A stretch of DNA of 62,587 bases, from the NCBI GenBank assembly GCA_032718475.1, contig JAUCBJ010002408.1, forward strand, positions 1 to 62,587, in the 5' to 3' direction. Both the position numbers and the translations under genes were made by a program. Below are positions 1 to 14,500 of this stretch, piece after piece; the stretch's first letter is position 1; each line of letters opens with the position of its first letter. Under the pieces are notes generated by a model that had not been told where the DNA came from, searched no databases, and saw nothing but the letters and a program-made list of their open reading frames with translations. This stretch comes from Nemertoderma westbladi (Eukaryota; Animalia; Xenacoelomorpha).

Positions 1-453
1 CTCACTGCTCAATCACAACGCACCTTTACAGAAATAAAAATTACATTAACTGTAATAAATCACAATTAATATGTAACACAACAAATATAAAAACTACATA
101 TAAAATATTGACAGTTTTAAATTTCAATTCTATGGTCAATTCAGCTAGATCAGAAAATAAATTATTGAAATACTATCTCCTAGACTTTAGTTTGTTAAAA
201 TACTTCGCAAACTGCTAAATTTGTATTAAAAAGCGATTTTTTAATTATATTTATGGAACAGAACTTATTTATGGAACACGAAATTAATTATTGCGGAAAA
301 ACAATTGGATCGTCAACTGGTTCGAAACTAATAAAGGGATTATATTTAAAGTTTAATTTTATAAAAGTATCTTAGTCATCATATAATTATTTTGTATTGC
401 ACTTAATTACAATATAATCGGAATATTCCCATATATTTCGCAACCACCATGTA

Positions 454-1266
454 CCGGGTGCTCCGTAATGATTGCCCCCCCCCCCCCCCCCTGGCCAGCT
501 GCGAGACATGCACCTTAGTGTAATATATCATTCGAAGGAGAATTTAATTTTGAGTTTGCATGCAAAAATTTAGGGTCCAATACAAAAGTATAAAATTTTA
601 TAGGCTATTCTTTAAACCTATCTTACTTTTCAATATATGTGATTTAATCACAATTAAAAAAATATATAATTTATCCAGCGTTAGTCATCAGCTTTGCAGG
701 TGAGCCCTGTTTAAACAGTTATTACTGCCTGACTTTTGCTGTATTGCAATATATTACAGTATTCAGTTACCGGTATTAGTGTTTCTTTGGTAATTTTACT
801 GAATTAGGCCTAACAGAAGTAATTAAAATGACAAGTTCCAGTGCAATCTTCGATGACTCTGAAGAAAAACGTATGGTTGACAGGATCAGAGATGTTACTT
901 TTAGAGAGGGTCGTGATTCTGTGGCATAATCAAACTGAACTCAAACCAAAACGGCCCTTTTAAGGGCCAACATCCTTTGCCACTATCGAGGAGCTCCCCG
1001 TGCTGCAAAGGGGAAACATGGCTGTAAATCTGATGACTAACGCTGGATAAATTATATTTTTTTTAATTGTGATTAAATCAAAAATATTCGAAAAGTAAGA
1101 TTGGTTTAAAGAATAGCCTATAAAATTGTTATACTTTTGTATTGGACCTAAATTTTTGCATGTAAGCTCAGAATTAAGTTATCTTTCAAATGGTATATTA
1201 TACTAAGGTGCATGTCTGGCAGTTTTGCCTGGCCAGGGGGGGGGGGGATCATTAGGGAACACCCGG
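454..1266. mobile_element. Non-autonomous Tc1/mariner-type element with ~250 bp TIRs
   Basis: TA|CCGGGTG ... CACCCGG|TA; 454-700 mirrors 1021-1266. A short internal remnant (MTSSSAIFDDSEEKRMVDRIR..., about 828-930) may be a transposase N-terminus. Confidence 0.85.
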
Positions 1267-2364
1267 TACTTTAAATTGTAATTTATATCACAATGAATAA
1301 AGTCCGTGGGACCAAACTTTACAGGTTATATAATAACCAGTTTACTGTTAATTATTCGGTGAAACTAAACGACAGTTTTACAGTTTGGGAAGCAAAATAT
1401 AAAAAAAACAGGTGGAAACAATTATTTTGGAAACATCAAATCGACACAAAATACCATAAAGGGGCTGAGTAAATAAAAATTATAGCTGAATACTTTTTAC
1501 TAAAAATAATAGAAACTGCTATCAGTTTAGGTATAAACAATTAAAATAATTGTTAATTTTCTTAATTTTTCGCTTAATACTTGTTGAGCTATTAATTACT
1601 GTTACCTGGAAATATATTCTCAGAAATTTATAATCTTCACAAAACACAACAAAAATAAACTTAATTACTCATCCAAATAGTTGTGTTAACCATCCCTCGG
1701 AATTTCATTCGAACTTTCCGACGGCTATAGATGTTCAAAATTAGTAATTTTTATAGATTTCCTGGGCAAAAAATGAGAAAATAACGAAGACCAATTTATT
1801 ATATAATAAGATAAGAATAATTCTACATTTATTCAGTTGCTAAAGAATCGCCACCGAAACTAAACAATTTTTACACCAAAAAGATTCATCATCAGTCGAT
1901 TGGTAATGTAAACAACTTAGTAACGGAAACTAATTGATGCAAAGTAGGGCCACTTTAAATTCTTCTCACATCTACGTGGCTGTTTTATCAATATCACAAA
2001 ATTTATATCGAATTAAATAGTTAATAAATTTTATAAAAAGTTAAATGTCGGTCACTTTGTGATATTATTATTTTATCGCAAGATGGAAGTAAAGACGCAA
2101 AATTATTGAAACTTAGTAAATAATAACCAATTCCTCGTCGCTCAAGATACGATCGATCGCACACATTAATTACATACAATAATGAAAATTACGTTAAATT
2201 ATATTTTTTTTTGACAATTAAATATTAAATTACATTTCTATTTACAAAGTTGGAGGGATTAAACTGAGACGTCTAAACTACAAAAACGAGAAGGACGAAT
2301 GTTAAAAGGGAACCTGGATGAGTTCGAGTTCAAACCAGTTAAGTATCTATGGCGTCGCGGTACA

Positions 2365-2378
2365 GTTGCCTTGGTTAC
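2365..2378 (-). promoter_or_regulatory. X-box (RFX site) match GTAACCAAGGCAAC
   Basis: Fits GTNRCC-N2-RGYAAC; about 40 nt past the RFX stop codon. Confidence 0.45.
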
Positions 2379-2419
2379 CACCGCGAGTTGTTAAATTATA
2401 ATAAAGCTCAATTACTTAA

Positions 2420-3205
2420 TTACCTATTAATGGTTGAATTGCCAGTGGAGACTTGGTTTATAATAACGCCACGTGGCGCAATAGAGACGGGTTGAGCTGC
2501 GTGTGGCGCGCCGGGGTAACTGGGACCCTCGACCTTACCTTGAGTCATAACGCCGGTCGTCGTGGCCACAGGGAACGAGTACGGTACCTCCAAACGAGCC
2601 GAACCCTCGCTCGGTTCCGTCTTGGTTCGCTTCCCCCCGCCGACTGTCTCTATAGCGACGGTGCGTTTCGTGGGGACCCGCTGGGCGGCTTCGATGTCCG
2701 GGGGCATGACGTCACCGGAAGGAGGTATGACGTCACCGGAAGGTTGGATTACGTCATCTGAAGGTTGTACTAGACTGGTCGGGGGAACGTAGGTAGTGCG
2801 ACGCGCTTCTGTCAAAAGTAAATCGTCTGGTTGCGTGGCAACGTTCATTCTGGAATGTTGAGGAATCTGAGCAGTAGGAAACACCTTGTTGGCTGTGAAC
2901 GCGGGTGTAAGAGGCGGCGCAGGGGGAGCCGTTGATTGGCTGCGCGCCGCCGACACCATGGACGGCGCCAACCCCGCCGCCACAGCAGCCGCAGCCGCCT
3001 CCATTTCCTCTTCCATCTCCCGGGACGCCTCGATATCGTCCTCCTCTACGTCTTCGTCTACGACCTCGTCCTCGGGTTTGACCTCCTCCCCGTTCACGGC
3101 TTCCTCCGTGGGTTGGTTCTTTACGAGTCGAGCCGAGATGGGCGAGCCGAGGATTAGTTGCGAGTGGAGGTGATCCTCAGGGAGGTCGAGCCCCAAACCG
3201 GCGTA
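2420..3205 (-). CDS. RFX: RFX C-terminal exon: acidic tract, Ala/Pro-rich region and possible basic NLS (KRT...KRTK)
   Basis: TTTCAG acceptor in frame with the ORF-track ORF; D/E-rich stretch as in RFX1-3 C-termini. The TAA overlaps a donor-like GTAATT, so the true end is uncertain. Confidence 0.85.
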   Translation of the reverse strand, partial: YAGLGLDLPEDHLHSQLILGSPISARLVKNQPTEEAVNGEEVKPEDEVVDEDVEEDDIEASREMEEEMEAAAAAVAAGLAPSMVSAARSQSTAPPAPPLTPAFTANKVFPTAQIPQHSRMNVATQPDDLLLTEARRTTYVPPTSLVQPSDDVIQPSGDVIPPSGDVMPPDIEAAQRVPTKRTVAIETVGGGKRTKTEPSEGSARLEVPYSFPVATTTGVMTQGKVEGPSYPGAPHAAQPVSIAPRGVIINQVSTGNSTINR

Positions 3206-6200
3206 CTGAAAGTAAAACACAAGACTATTTCATTAGGCATAAATTACTTTACGTTTCAGAAAAAAGTAGCTGTCATTATGTTCGTCGATGACACGAATTT
3301 GAGCCTCATTATATTATAATAAACCGTGTTTATTATATATTATGGAACGGCGGGGGGTAGCTCGCAGTTGGTTGAGCGCCGGGCCTGCAATCTATTGGTT
3401 GTAGGTTCAGCCCCGCCAGTGGTCCACTCAGCCTTTCATCCACTGGGGTCGATAAAATGAGTACCAGTTAAATAACTGGGAGCAAATCTTGGGATAGGAG
3501 TAGCGCCCACCCCTACCTTCGGGTAGCAGATAGGAGTAGCGCCCACCCCCTACCTTCGGGTAGCAGATAGTAGTAGCTTCTACCCCAACCTTCGGGTAGC
3601 AGATAGGAGTAGCGCCCACCCCTACCTTCGGGTAGCAGATAGGTAGTAGCGCCCACCCCTACCTTCGGGTAGCAGATAGGAGTAGCGCCCACCCCTACCC
3701 TCGGGTAGCAGATAGGAGTAGCGCCCACCCCTACCTTCGGGTAGCAGATAGGAGTAGCGCCCACCCCTACCTTCGGGTAGCAGATAGGAGTAGCGCCCAC
3801 CCCTACCCTCGGGTAGCAGATAGGAGTAGCGACCCACCCCTACCCTTCGGGTAGCAGATAGGAGTAGCGCCCACCCCTACCCTCGGGTAGCAGATAGGAG
3901 TAGCGCCCACCCCTACCTTCGGGTAGCAGATAGGAGTAGCGCCCACCCCTACCTTCGGGTAGCAGATAGGAGTAGCGCCCACCCCTACCTTCGGGTAGCA
4001 GATAGGAGTAGCGCCCACCCCTACCTTCGGGTAGCAGATAGGAGTAGCGCCCACCCCTACCTTCGGGTAGCAGATAGGAGTAGCGCCCACCCCAACCCTC
4101 GGGTAGCAGATAGGTGTAGCGCCCACCCCTACCTTCGGGTAGCAGATAGGAGTAGCGCCCACCCCTACCTTCGGGTAACAGATAGGAGTAGCGCCCACCC
4201 CAACCCTCGGGTAGCAGATAGGTGTAGCGCCCACCCCTACCTTCGGGTAGCAGATAGGAGTAGCGCCCACCCCTACCTACTTTTGGGTAGCAGATAGGAG
4301 TAGCGCCCACCCCAACCCTCGGGTTGCAGATAGGAGTAGCACCCACCCCAACCCTCGGGTAGCAGATAGGAATAGCGCCCACCCCTACCCTCGGGTAGCA
4401 GATAGGAGTAGCGCCCACCCCTACCTTCTGGTAGCAGATAGGAGTAGCGCCCACCCCTACCTTCGGGTAGCAGATAGGAGTAGCGCCCACCCCTACCTTC
4501 GGGTAGCAGATAGGAGTAGCGCCCACCCCTACCTTCGGGTAGCAGATAGGAGTAGCGCCCACCCCAACCCTCGGGTAGCAGATAGGTGTAGCGCCCACCC
4601 CTACCTTCGGGTAGCAGATAGGAGTAGCGCCCACCCCTACCTTCGGGTAACAGATAGGAGTAGCGCCCACCCCAACCCTCGGGTAGCAGATAGGTGTAGC
4701 GCCCACCCCTACCTTCGGGTAGCAGATAGGAGTAGCGCCCACCCCAACCTTCGGGTAGCAGATAGGAGTAGCGCCCACCCCTACCTTCGGGTAGCAGATA
4801 GGAGTAGCGCCCTCCCCTACCTTCGGGTAGCAGATAGGAGTAACGCCCACCCCTACCTTCGGGTAGCAGATAGGAATAGCGCCCACCCCTACCCTCGGAT
4901 AGCAGATAGGTGTAGCGCCCACCCCTACGTTCGGGTAGCAGATAGGAGTAGCGCCCACCCCTACCTTCGGGTAGCAGATAGGAGTAGCGCCCACCCCTAC
5001 CTTCGGGTAGCAGATAGGAGTAGCGCCCACTACTACCTTCGGGTAGCAGATAGGAGTAGCGCCCACCCCAACCCTCGGGTAGCAGATAGGTGTAGCGCCC
5101 ACCCCTACCTACGGGTAGCAGATAGGAGTAGCGCCCACCCCTACCTTCGGGTAACAGATAGGAGTAGCGCCCACCCCTACCTTCGGGTAGCAGATAAGAG
5201 TAGCGCCCACCCCTACCTTCGGGTAGCAGATAGCAGTAGCGCCCACCCATACCTTCGGGTAGCAGATAGGTGTAGCGCCCACCCCAACCCTCGGGTAGCA
5301 GATAGGTGTAGCGCCCACCCCAACCCTCGGGTAGCAGATAGGTGTAGCGCCCACCCCTACCTTCGGGTAGCAGATAGGAGTAGCGCCCACCCCTACCTTC
5401 GGGTAACAGATAGGAGCAGCGCCCACCCTTACCTTCGGGGAGCAGATAGGAGTAGCGCCCACCCCTACCTTCGGGTAGCAGATAGGTGTAGCGCCCACCC
5501 CTACCCTCGGGTAGCAGCTATATCGAAAGAGGAGCCTTCGGGTCGCCTCCGGCTTCGGCCGACTGTTTGCTTTGCATGATATTATGAAAATAAATTAGAA
5601 ATCATTGTAATTATTATGATACTATCTGACATTTTTAATATGGTAGGTTTGATATTATTAAGATCGCCGATTAAATTATGTATGGAATTATTTCTTATAA
5701 ACTCACCTGTTTAGCGTCTCCCATAACGGCTATGGGTGTGAGAGACATTGCCGCTGCCACCCTGTGCTCCACCAAGTAGAACATGTACTCGTCGTATAGT
5801 AATCGTATGAGATGGAAAGAGCCGAAGCTAGCGGCGCTACGAAGGGTTAAATCGCGAATAACCATAGAACTAAAAAATAATTAAACAAAAGTTAATATTA
5901 GTTAAATAAATTAGCCGTCTGATTGATACAACTAAACTGGAACTAAATCAATGAGGTGGTATCATCTCTCAATTCTTGACTTATAGAAGGAGCTTATATG
6001 AGATTGGTGGCACTAATGATTGAGGCAATTCCAGAGATCGCTAGTAGAAATCACATCCGAAAGGACCGACAGGTAGTAGAACAGACACAACTATTCACAG
6101 ACAACAGAACATTAACAGTAGATACATAAACGAACGCCATCAATACAAGCTCATCGAGATAAAACGAACAAGGGATGCAGGCAGATGAAGAATAAGATCG

Positions 6201-9200
6201 ATTACAACAAGCTGAAATATCACCCTGGAGTTTTAATCCACGTCGCAATGGCAGTTGCAACTGCCGGATTCCACTTGAGGAGTGGAAGTCGCTTTTTGAG
6301 AATTTGTTGAACTTTGAAAATTAGCTAAAGAAGCAACTCTAGATCTCGACCCTGAGTCTGAACTAAACAAGCCTTTTATGGAAGAGGACAATTTTAATGT
6401 TCTACGATCCAATTAGTTCAGTAAATTATTTTATGTACAATACTTATTATACATTATTATTTTATTTACTATTATTTTATTAAATAAACTTAAACAAATT
6501 TAAATTAATTTACGAAAAATAAACTAAAACAAATGTAGTTATAAAAAAAACCAATCACACAGACATTCTTCCATGTTACATCACACTACGTAACCCCTGC
6601 CAACCAATCAACCGCCCCCACTCATACAACTCAACCAATAACAAGCGAGGACTAACCTGTAGAAACTCCACTTCAATAGGAATTGTTTGGCTGCGTGAGC
6701 GTAGTTAGGCGAGTTCTCGTAGGGTTTAAGTATGCTGGATACCACGCCCTCCAACCAAACAGCCCACTGCTCCAACGAGTTCTGCTGCTGTAGAGTCACC
6801 TTGAAGTCCTGCTCCAACCGTTGAACAATAGAGTCCTCGCACTGACAGACCCATGATGCTTGTTCCTGCAGTTATATGAGAAAGTATTTAGTATTTGTAT
6901 CAATTAACAGTTGAGTAGTATATCTAATTATCTATCTATAATCGGCATTCTGCTTTGCAGTTGAATGAATGCTGTACCGGCTTGTCAACAAAATTGCGCC
7001 GCCACAACTTCCTATCACCCATGATTTTATCGAGATTATACGCATCGTCAAGGCCTGTATCCTTTTACAAACGTCTCAAGAACGTCAAGGGCTGTAAAGC
7101 GCAACATCGATAATGGCGAGTCGTGTCCTGTTAAGCGGAGGCGGTGTTTCGTATTGTATGGAATAAGTGGACAATTGGTGGAGCTGCCTCAATTATTGTG
7201 TTCGATGATATCCACCACCCGCCCATATCGCATGAACAATTATGCCTTAAGTAAGTGAAAATCAATACCTTTGCTTTCAATTAAATACAATATATTTACC
7301 CAATAACGGGTGTAGAGAGAGCTGCTGGCTTCATTTTGTAAATTGTGATTTTTAATTCATTATGACACGAGTTTATTTACGTACCGAGCGAGCGCTGCGA
7401 GGGAGGTTTACATAAATAAACAAGGGTCTTTAACGCTGAAAAGGGACCTTTACAAGCAATGATGTATGTAATTTTGTTACATTATGTCAACGTATTAGCG
7501 TTCGGTTTGTGAATAAAGGATTTTATGGATACTCATTTATACATTTTAATCTGTACTATATCGAATAGAAGTGAAATTGATTAACAGGTACACAGTATTA
7601 ATTATACATTTAAATCTAATTAAAGTTTATTGGAAGTTATCTCCTGCTTGGATGTGATAAATCATTAATCCATCTTGACTATAGTCGACTGAAGCAAACT
7701 TAGTCACTGTCTGAGTCCGTTCAGTTTTACTGAACACTGTCGTCACTTTCTTTGGTTATTTTAGTGTCTTCTATTGGACGTTTCGCCATAATGGATTACA
7801 GTACATGTTAAACAATTATTTACATACAGTAGCTAGTCCCGTCACTGCAAACTGGATAATAAAGCAGCAATCATTAACATAAATGGAAATAATACATTCT
7901 GGAATACGGTAACTTAAGTTTTTTCTATGGCATTGATTACTTTGCAACGTTCCGACCTATAGGCCGCAACGCGGCAAAGTGGATCTTTGCAGCGTTACGA
8001 GTAATTCACCAGAACGCTGTTGACATAATCTAACAAAAGTTATTTATGGTTGTTCAATTCTCCTAACTTAGTAAATATTAGAGTTTTAGAGCTTTTAGTT
8101 AAAGATAGAGTTAGAGCTTTTACGCATATTTAAAACAAAAATAAATTATTTCAATTTCAAAAGAACTTGATAAAATTGTGTGGTTGAGAAGTACAATACC
8201 AACCTGGACATTATGAAAGTCCACTCGGTTTAGGTCAGTCAACATCTGACTGATCTGTGACGTATTCTGTAGAACAGCACGAGCAGCCTGGGCTAGGTGA
8301 TTCAATGATGTGTAACGGCGGAGTGTCTGAGCAAGAGCGTTAACGCTGGAAACCTAGGCAACAGAAAATTGTATCATTGTGTATCAGAATAGTTTCGTGA
8401 TCGGATATTTAGTGACAAGGTATTTTGTGAACAACTTCTTTATGACCAGTTTTTTGTGACCCGCTTTTTACGACCAGTTTATAGTGAACCGGTGATTTGT
8501 GTCCAAGGATTTAGTGATCAGTATTTTTGTAACCAGCTTTTTAGTTAACGTTTTTATTTGTAACAAAGCTTTTAGTGACCAGGGGAAATGTGATCACCAG
8601 GGGAAATGTGATAACTTTGCAAGAGGATCTCCTGTCCACATTGCCAGTCACTGGACTTAAAGTCATTAATAAATACCCAAACGGTTCCCACCTACTGCTT
8701 ACCTATTAAAGCACCTGGTCAACACAATTAATACATAAATTGTTAATTCCCTCCCTTTGTATTGTTTGATATTGTGCCAAAACGGATATTAGTTTTATAA
8801 TTACGCTTAGCTCGAACCGAATTAGCGGGGCAACATAAATATTTACAGTAAATCTTACGCGCCTGTCACCTTCGATACCAATTTGTACACATAGGCAGAT
8901 AAATCTCTAAAAGGTTTTATGATATTTTTATAATTTTAGGTTGTAGTAAAGGGATAATTTACGACAATGAAGTGAAGCGCAGACAGTATGACTTAACTTT
9001 GTAATGGCAATTAATATACTCCAAGATATGACTTTGAGATGCAGATTAAAAAAATATATTATTTTATTTGCATTTAAATATTTAATATTATTAAACTTAA
9101 ATACAAGTTGACTAAATATATAAAATATTAGATGAAGCAGCCCAGTGTCTTCATTGATTAAGATAGATCGAGATACAAAGAAAATAATTTCAGACTTATG

Positions 9201-11498
9201 AACCTCGATTAGGTGTGCAAACTGAAACTATTACTACAAATAACAGCGACGAAACAAAAACTTAACTTTGTGTAAATGAAGACAAAACAGGTGGTTTTGA
9301 AATTTGAGAAATTATTTATTTTATATTATAATTAAAGCGGGTTGGGTGAATTCTTAGCCCGCGAGTATTCTTAGCCCGCGAGTATTCTTAGCCCGCGGGT
9401 ATTCTTAGCCCGCGGGTATTCTTAGCCCGCGGGTATTCTTAGCCCGCGGGTATTCTTAGCCCGCGAGTATTCTTAGCCCGCGAGTATTCTTAGCCCGCGG
9501 GTATTCTTAGCCCGCGAGTATTCTTAGCCCGCGGGTATTCTTAGCCCGCGGGTATTCTTAGCCCGCGAGTATTCTTAGCCCGCGGGTATTCTTAGCCCGC
9601 GAGTATTCTTAGCCCGCGGGTATTCTTAGCCCGCGGGTATTCTTAGCCCGCGAGTATTCTTAGCCCGCGAGTATTCTTAGCCCGCGAGTATTCTTAGCCC
9701 GCGGGTATTCTTAGCCCGCGGGTATTCTTAGCCCGCGGGTATTCTTAGCCCGCGAGTATTCTTAGCCCGCGAGTATTCTTAGCCCGCGAGTATTCTCAGC
9801 CCGCAAAAAAATAGAGTTTATTGTTTTGGTTCCCCCAATACGCCTTGAAACCTGGTCCTTTACTAACTCGCGGGCTAAGAATACTCGCGGGCTAAGAATA
9901 CTCGCGGGCTAAGAATACTCGCGGGCTAAGAATACTCGCGGGCTAAGAATACTCGCGGGCTAAGAATACTCGCGGGCTAAGAATTCATAATACCTTAAAG
10001 CGTATTATTTAGTATATCTTAATATATTTTTTGGTATTTATTTAACATTAATATATAACGATTCCACTTATCCTATTATTATATACTATTAATAATTATA
10101 TAATTATTTTATATTAATACTTTTACAATGTCATTCCAAACCATCAAATTTAGTGACGTAGAAGGTTTATTTAAATCGGGAAGTAAAAGTAACTCTACCG
10201 TAATGATAATGGAGATAATACGGATAAGTAGCCAGGAATGCATTGCAAGATATAAGGTAAGTAAAGTAAAATATATAAAATAGTTAACGTTACTAATATT
10301 AGTACCTACCTACCTCTAGTGTAAAAATAACAGAATTAGAAATAAATACAATAATGGGAAGTAATTAACTATTTTATTCAACATTAATTAATTAATGCCA
10401 TTGAGTACGGACAGCTCTAGATATTATATTCAAATTATAAAACGAATACACTATATTGCAATACATTACATCCCTTTACGATTTAACTTTACAATGACCT
10501 GAATGCCTAAAAAGTTTCAAATCTAAACGTAATGTTCTAAATATTCGACTTATTTATTTAATTAATTAATTATGAAAGTCTATTTTTATGGCTACATGTT
10601 GAAACTTTTACAATTAAGAAAAACGTGTTCTACTTATCGTGCATTAAATAAAGTTTGAAAAATACTGACAAAATTATTGCGTTCCTTTAAACAATAAAAT
10701 TCATATGCGATTTTCATCAGAAGTCGTTTCGGAATGTTAAGATTTTGGAATACAAATATCTTGCAATTTACTTTAAGTTTAAACTGTTCTGATACTCGTG
10801 GGTTTATTTTCACTAACTCATTTCATTACGTTTGTTCGTGTGACAAACAAACAACTTGGATCATCACACTGTAAAATTCTACTTTGCACACATTGTCACC
10901 CACTAAGTATTAAATTAATTACGCTATATTTTTCACTTAAAAAACAGTATTCCCACACCACCAAGAAACACGCAGAAGATCTTCTCCTCCAGGATTTGGA
11001 GCGGAATTATCCTCAGAACCGCGATTGGAGAGACCGCAGGATAGAGTGTCTCAGTAGTTGTTCCCCCTGTATAGGGTGTATCGACAAACTAACAGCTTAT
11101 ATAGGTGAGCACAATCACAAAAATAAATAACGAAAAAAATGAAAGCGGAAACAACTAAAGCAAAATCAACCAGATATAAATCCGAAAAGCGATATAATAT
11201 CGTTGCACTTTACAGATCCCACAGCCATGGAAACAACGTTTTGTTAACTTTAATTCGGCGAAATTCAATTTTTTTATGTCTTATTATGGGAAAGGAATAA
11301 AGATGTTAGTGGTTGAGGGCTTTGCTAACCGATGGTTACAATTTAATATTTGCTCATAATTGTAAATGTTATGTAAAATAGTTCTAAAATAATACAAATT
11401 AGTTTTCTATAGACAATTTATTATTATAAGATCAGAAGAAAATAAAACATAAGTTCTTGTATTTCTGTTCCATGTCTGTCTGTCTGTCTGTCTGTCTG

Positions 11499-11582
<84 letters not shown>

Positions 11583-14500
11583 CGAATGATGTGTGTGAGT
11601 GTCTGATCTTCCCGTTTATACGAACTTTTAAATAAATAACCTATGTCATTTAGGAAAGAGACTGTTTATACATCTTATACTACGGGTCGCTAATATCGAT
11701 TTAAATGAAGGAACTGCTAGTCGTGAAGCCGCAAATAAACTCTGTTCCTACCAAAACATAGAGGTTAGACCAACAACAGCTGAGGATTGGATGAAAGCCA
11801 CCTTAACGTCATGCAACTTGGTAAGAAAATTAGTTCAGAAGTAGTTACGAGCCATCTGAGAAAGGAATCTAATAAAACTAATCATATAATAATTTGAAAC
11901 ATAATTTTCTCCAGGGTGATGCATGGTTTCGTTACTAAATTAAAATGTTTAATAGCGAAAATTCGAATATGAAAGTAAAATATATAGTATGGGGGGCATA
12001 TTTTAGAGCCTTAGACCTTAGACGCTTTGAATCAACTAGGTCGAAAATTACATATGGGGCGATATACAGAAAAGTGGCCAAACCCAAACCAGAGTCATTT
12101 TTGTGTAAAAAATAAAGTTTCTCAAAACTCTTCTTGTTTTATGGTACAACTGACACTGCCAAACACACATTATAATCAATTATGAACAGTATATATCAAA
12201 TAAAACCATTTCAAGGGCGATTTCAGAACTGTTACTGTTTTACCGAGGTACCAATTATATATGCGATTTTATCAGCTTTAACGTTGGTTACAGGAAGGGA
12301 CAGTTTATGGTTTTCCCTCCCGATCTGAGGCTCTTCAAACCCACATATCTAAATATCTAAAGTTTTCGATGAATTTGTACAATTGTTTTTGTGTGTTACA
12401 GCTGAGTAATTACAGATTCTTAAAAAAGAACTGTCAAGGTGTGCCTGTAACCATAATTGCCGTTATTCAATTTTCGCCATTGGGGGGCATTTTTAGTGGT
12501 GTAGTAGAAAACAAAATGTTCCAGTATCTCCTATATGCTAACTATTATAGGCCTACATTCTACAGACTAACGATGTTTCTTAAAATTTATAGACAAATTT
12601 ACTGCTTTCATTTGGTATATAACATATTAACTTTTATTGATATCAGATAGAAACTAGAGCTCCTTATTTAACTGGGACTCCTAATCATTGTTTTTGTCAA
12701 AACATCACGTTTTCCGTGGTTTTTGTCGATATCAAGCAAAATTTAATGCGATTTATTTACAGTAGCGTTTAGCAAAAATATGGTTTCCTAGATTCCTAAT
12801 GAAAATGTCTACCTGTAACATTATATTTCATGAGATTTCATTCAGTAGAAATGGAATTACATCATGGTCTCACTTTTTTTTTATGTTTTGGCCACTTTTC
12901 TGTATATTGCTCCCGGTGTATTATTAATGTGTTAAATAGCAATGTATTATTTCTTAGCATTGTATCCTATGCCACAAACCCTTGATAAACTTAAATATAA
13001 TTACAAACAATAGTGTCAGTTACCCAGGCGACTGGCTGAACCAATGAATGAAGGATCAGTCAGTGAATGTAGGAACTGCGCCCCGATTGGTGCGTTAGTA
13101 TTCGAGACCGTAAGCATCTATTGGCTATAATTAATTAACCAATAAACGACTCTGGGCTCGGGAATAGAGACTATTAAACAATAATTGATAAGGTAAATTA
13201 ATCACAACACTTTTTATGAAATGATAAAAAGGTAATCGTTAATGCGATTTATTTACAGTAGCGTTTAGCAAAAATATGGTTTCCTAGTCGACTATTGTGT
13301 CATATCGACCATTACCATGACAATTGAATTATCTTTACCATTGAATAAATAATTAGTTTAATGTTTTTTAGATTAATAAATTAGTTTAATGTTTTTACAT
13401 TTATTCAGGCGGTGACGTACGCACAGTTAACCAAACCGCAGTGTGGCTGGTGCGAGATGTTGGCGAGATTGTTTCGAAGCCTATTGTTAAAAACAACAGG
13501 TGGGGCCGTCTCTATGTTTCCAAGCCATCACCAGACCATAATATTCGGTCTTCGGGTGGAGGAAAGCCAACGCAATACTCTTTGGGTCCCACATATATAT
13601 GTGTCAGGTAGGTTCGTGGATATGTGTCCGACGAATGTCTGTTTATTTGTACGGTAATTATGTGTTTATTTGTCCGTCGAATGTCTGTTTATATGTCCGG
13701 TAATTATGTGTTTATTTGTCCGACGAATGTCTGTTTATTTGTCCGGTAATTATGTGTTTATTAGTCCGGTAATTATGTGTTTATTTGTCCGACGAATGTA
13801 TGTTTATTTGTCCGGTAATTATGTGTTTATTTGTCCGTCGAATGTCTGTTTATATGTCCGGTAATTATGTGTTTATTTGTCCGACGAATGTCTGTTTATT
13901 TGTCCGGTAATTATGTGTTTATTAGTCCGGTAATTATGTGTTTATTTGTCCGACGAATGTATGTTTATTTGTCCGGTAATTATGTGTTTATTTGTCCGAC
14001 GAATGTCTGTTTATTTGTCCGGTGATTATGTGTTTATTTGTCCGACGAATGTCTGTTTATTTGTCCGGTAATTATGTGTTTATTAGTCCGGTAATTATGT
14101 GTTTATTTGTCCGTCGAATGTCTGTTTATATGTCCGGTGATTATGTGTTTATTTGTCCGACGAATGTATGTTTATTTGTCCGGTAATTATGTGTTTATCT
14201 GTCCGACGAATGTCTGTTTATTTGTCCGGTAATTATGTGTTTATTTGTCCGACGAATGTATGTTTATTTGTCCGGTAATTATGTGTTTATTTGTCCGACG
14301 AATGTCTGTTTATTTGTCCGGTGATTATGTGTTTATTTGTCCGACGAATGTCTGTTTATTTGTCCGGTAATTATGTGTTTATTAGTCCGGTAATTATGTG
14401 TTTATTTGTCCGGTAATTATGTGTTTAATTGTCCGACGAATATTGTTTAGTTGACCGGTTGGTTCGTTCACGTGTATCGTATAAATTTAACAATCTGCAC

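Noticed and set aside
2453-3173. Plus-strand ORFs overlapping the last RFX exon (and similar ones at 24253, 26779, 30713, 35393)
   Set aside because: Shadow ORFs of real coding sequence on the opposite strand.
3428-5498. Long ORFs of [12 protein letters not shown] / [12 protein letters not shown] repeats
   Set aside because: These are translations of a 36-bp minisatellite with frameshifts, inside an intron; the flanking RFX exons join in phase without them.
12744-13287. About 48-bp direct duplication (12744-12791 and 13240-13287)
   Set aside because: Probably a repair-templated copy or MITE fragment; no further structure.
13412-14186. Repeated Cys/Val-rich ORFs
   Set aside because: Translations of the 23-bp tandem array.
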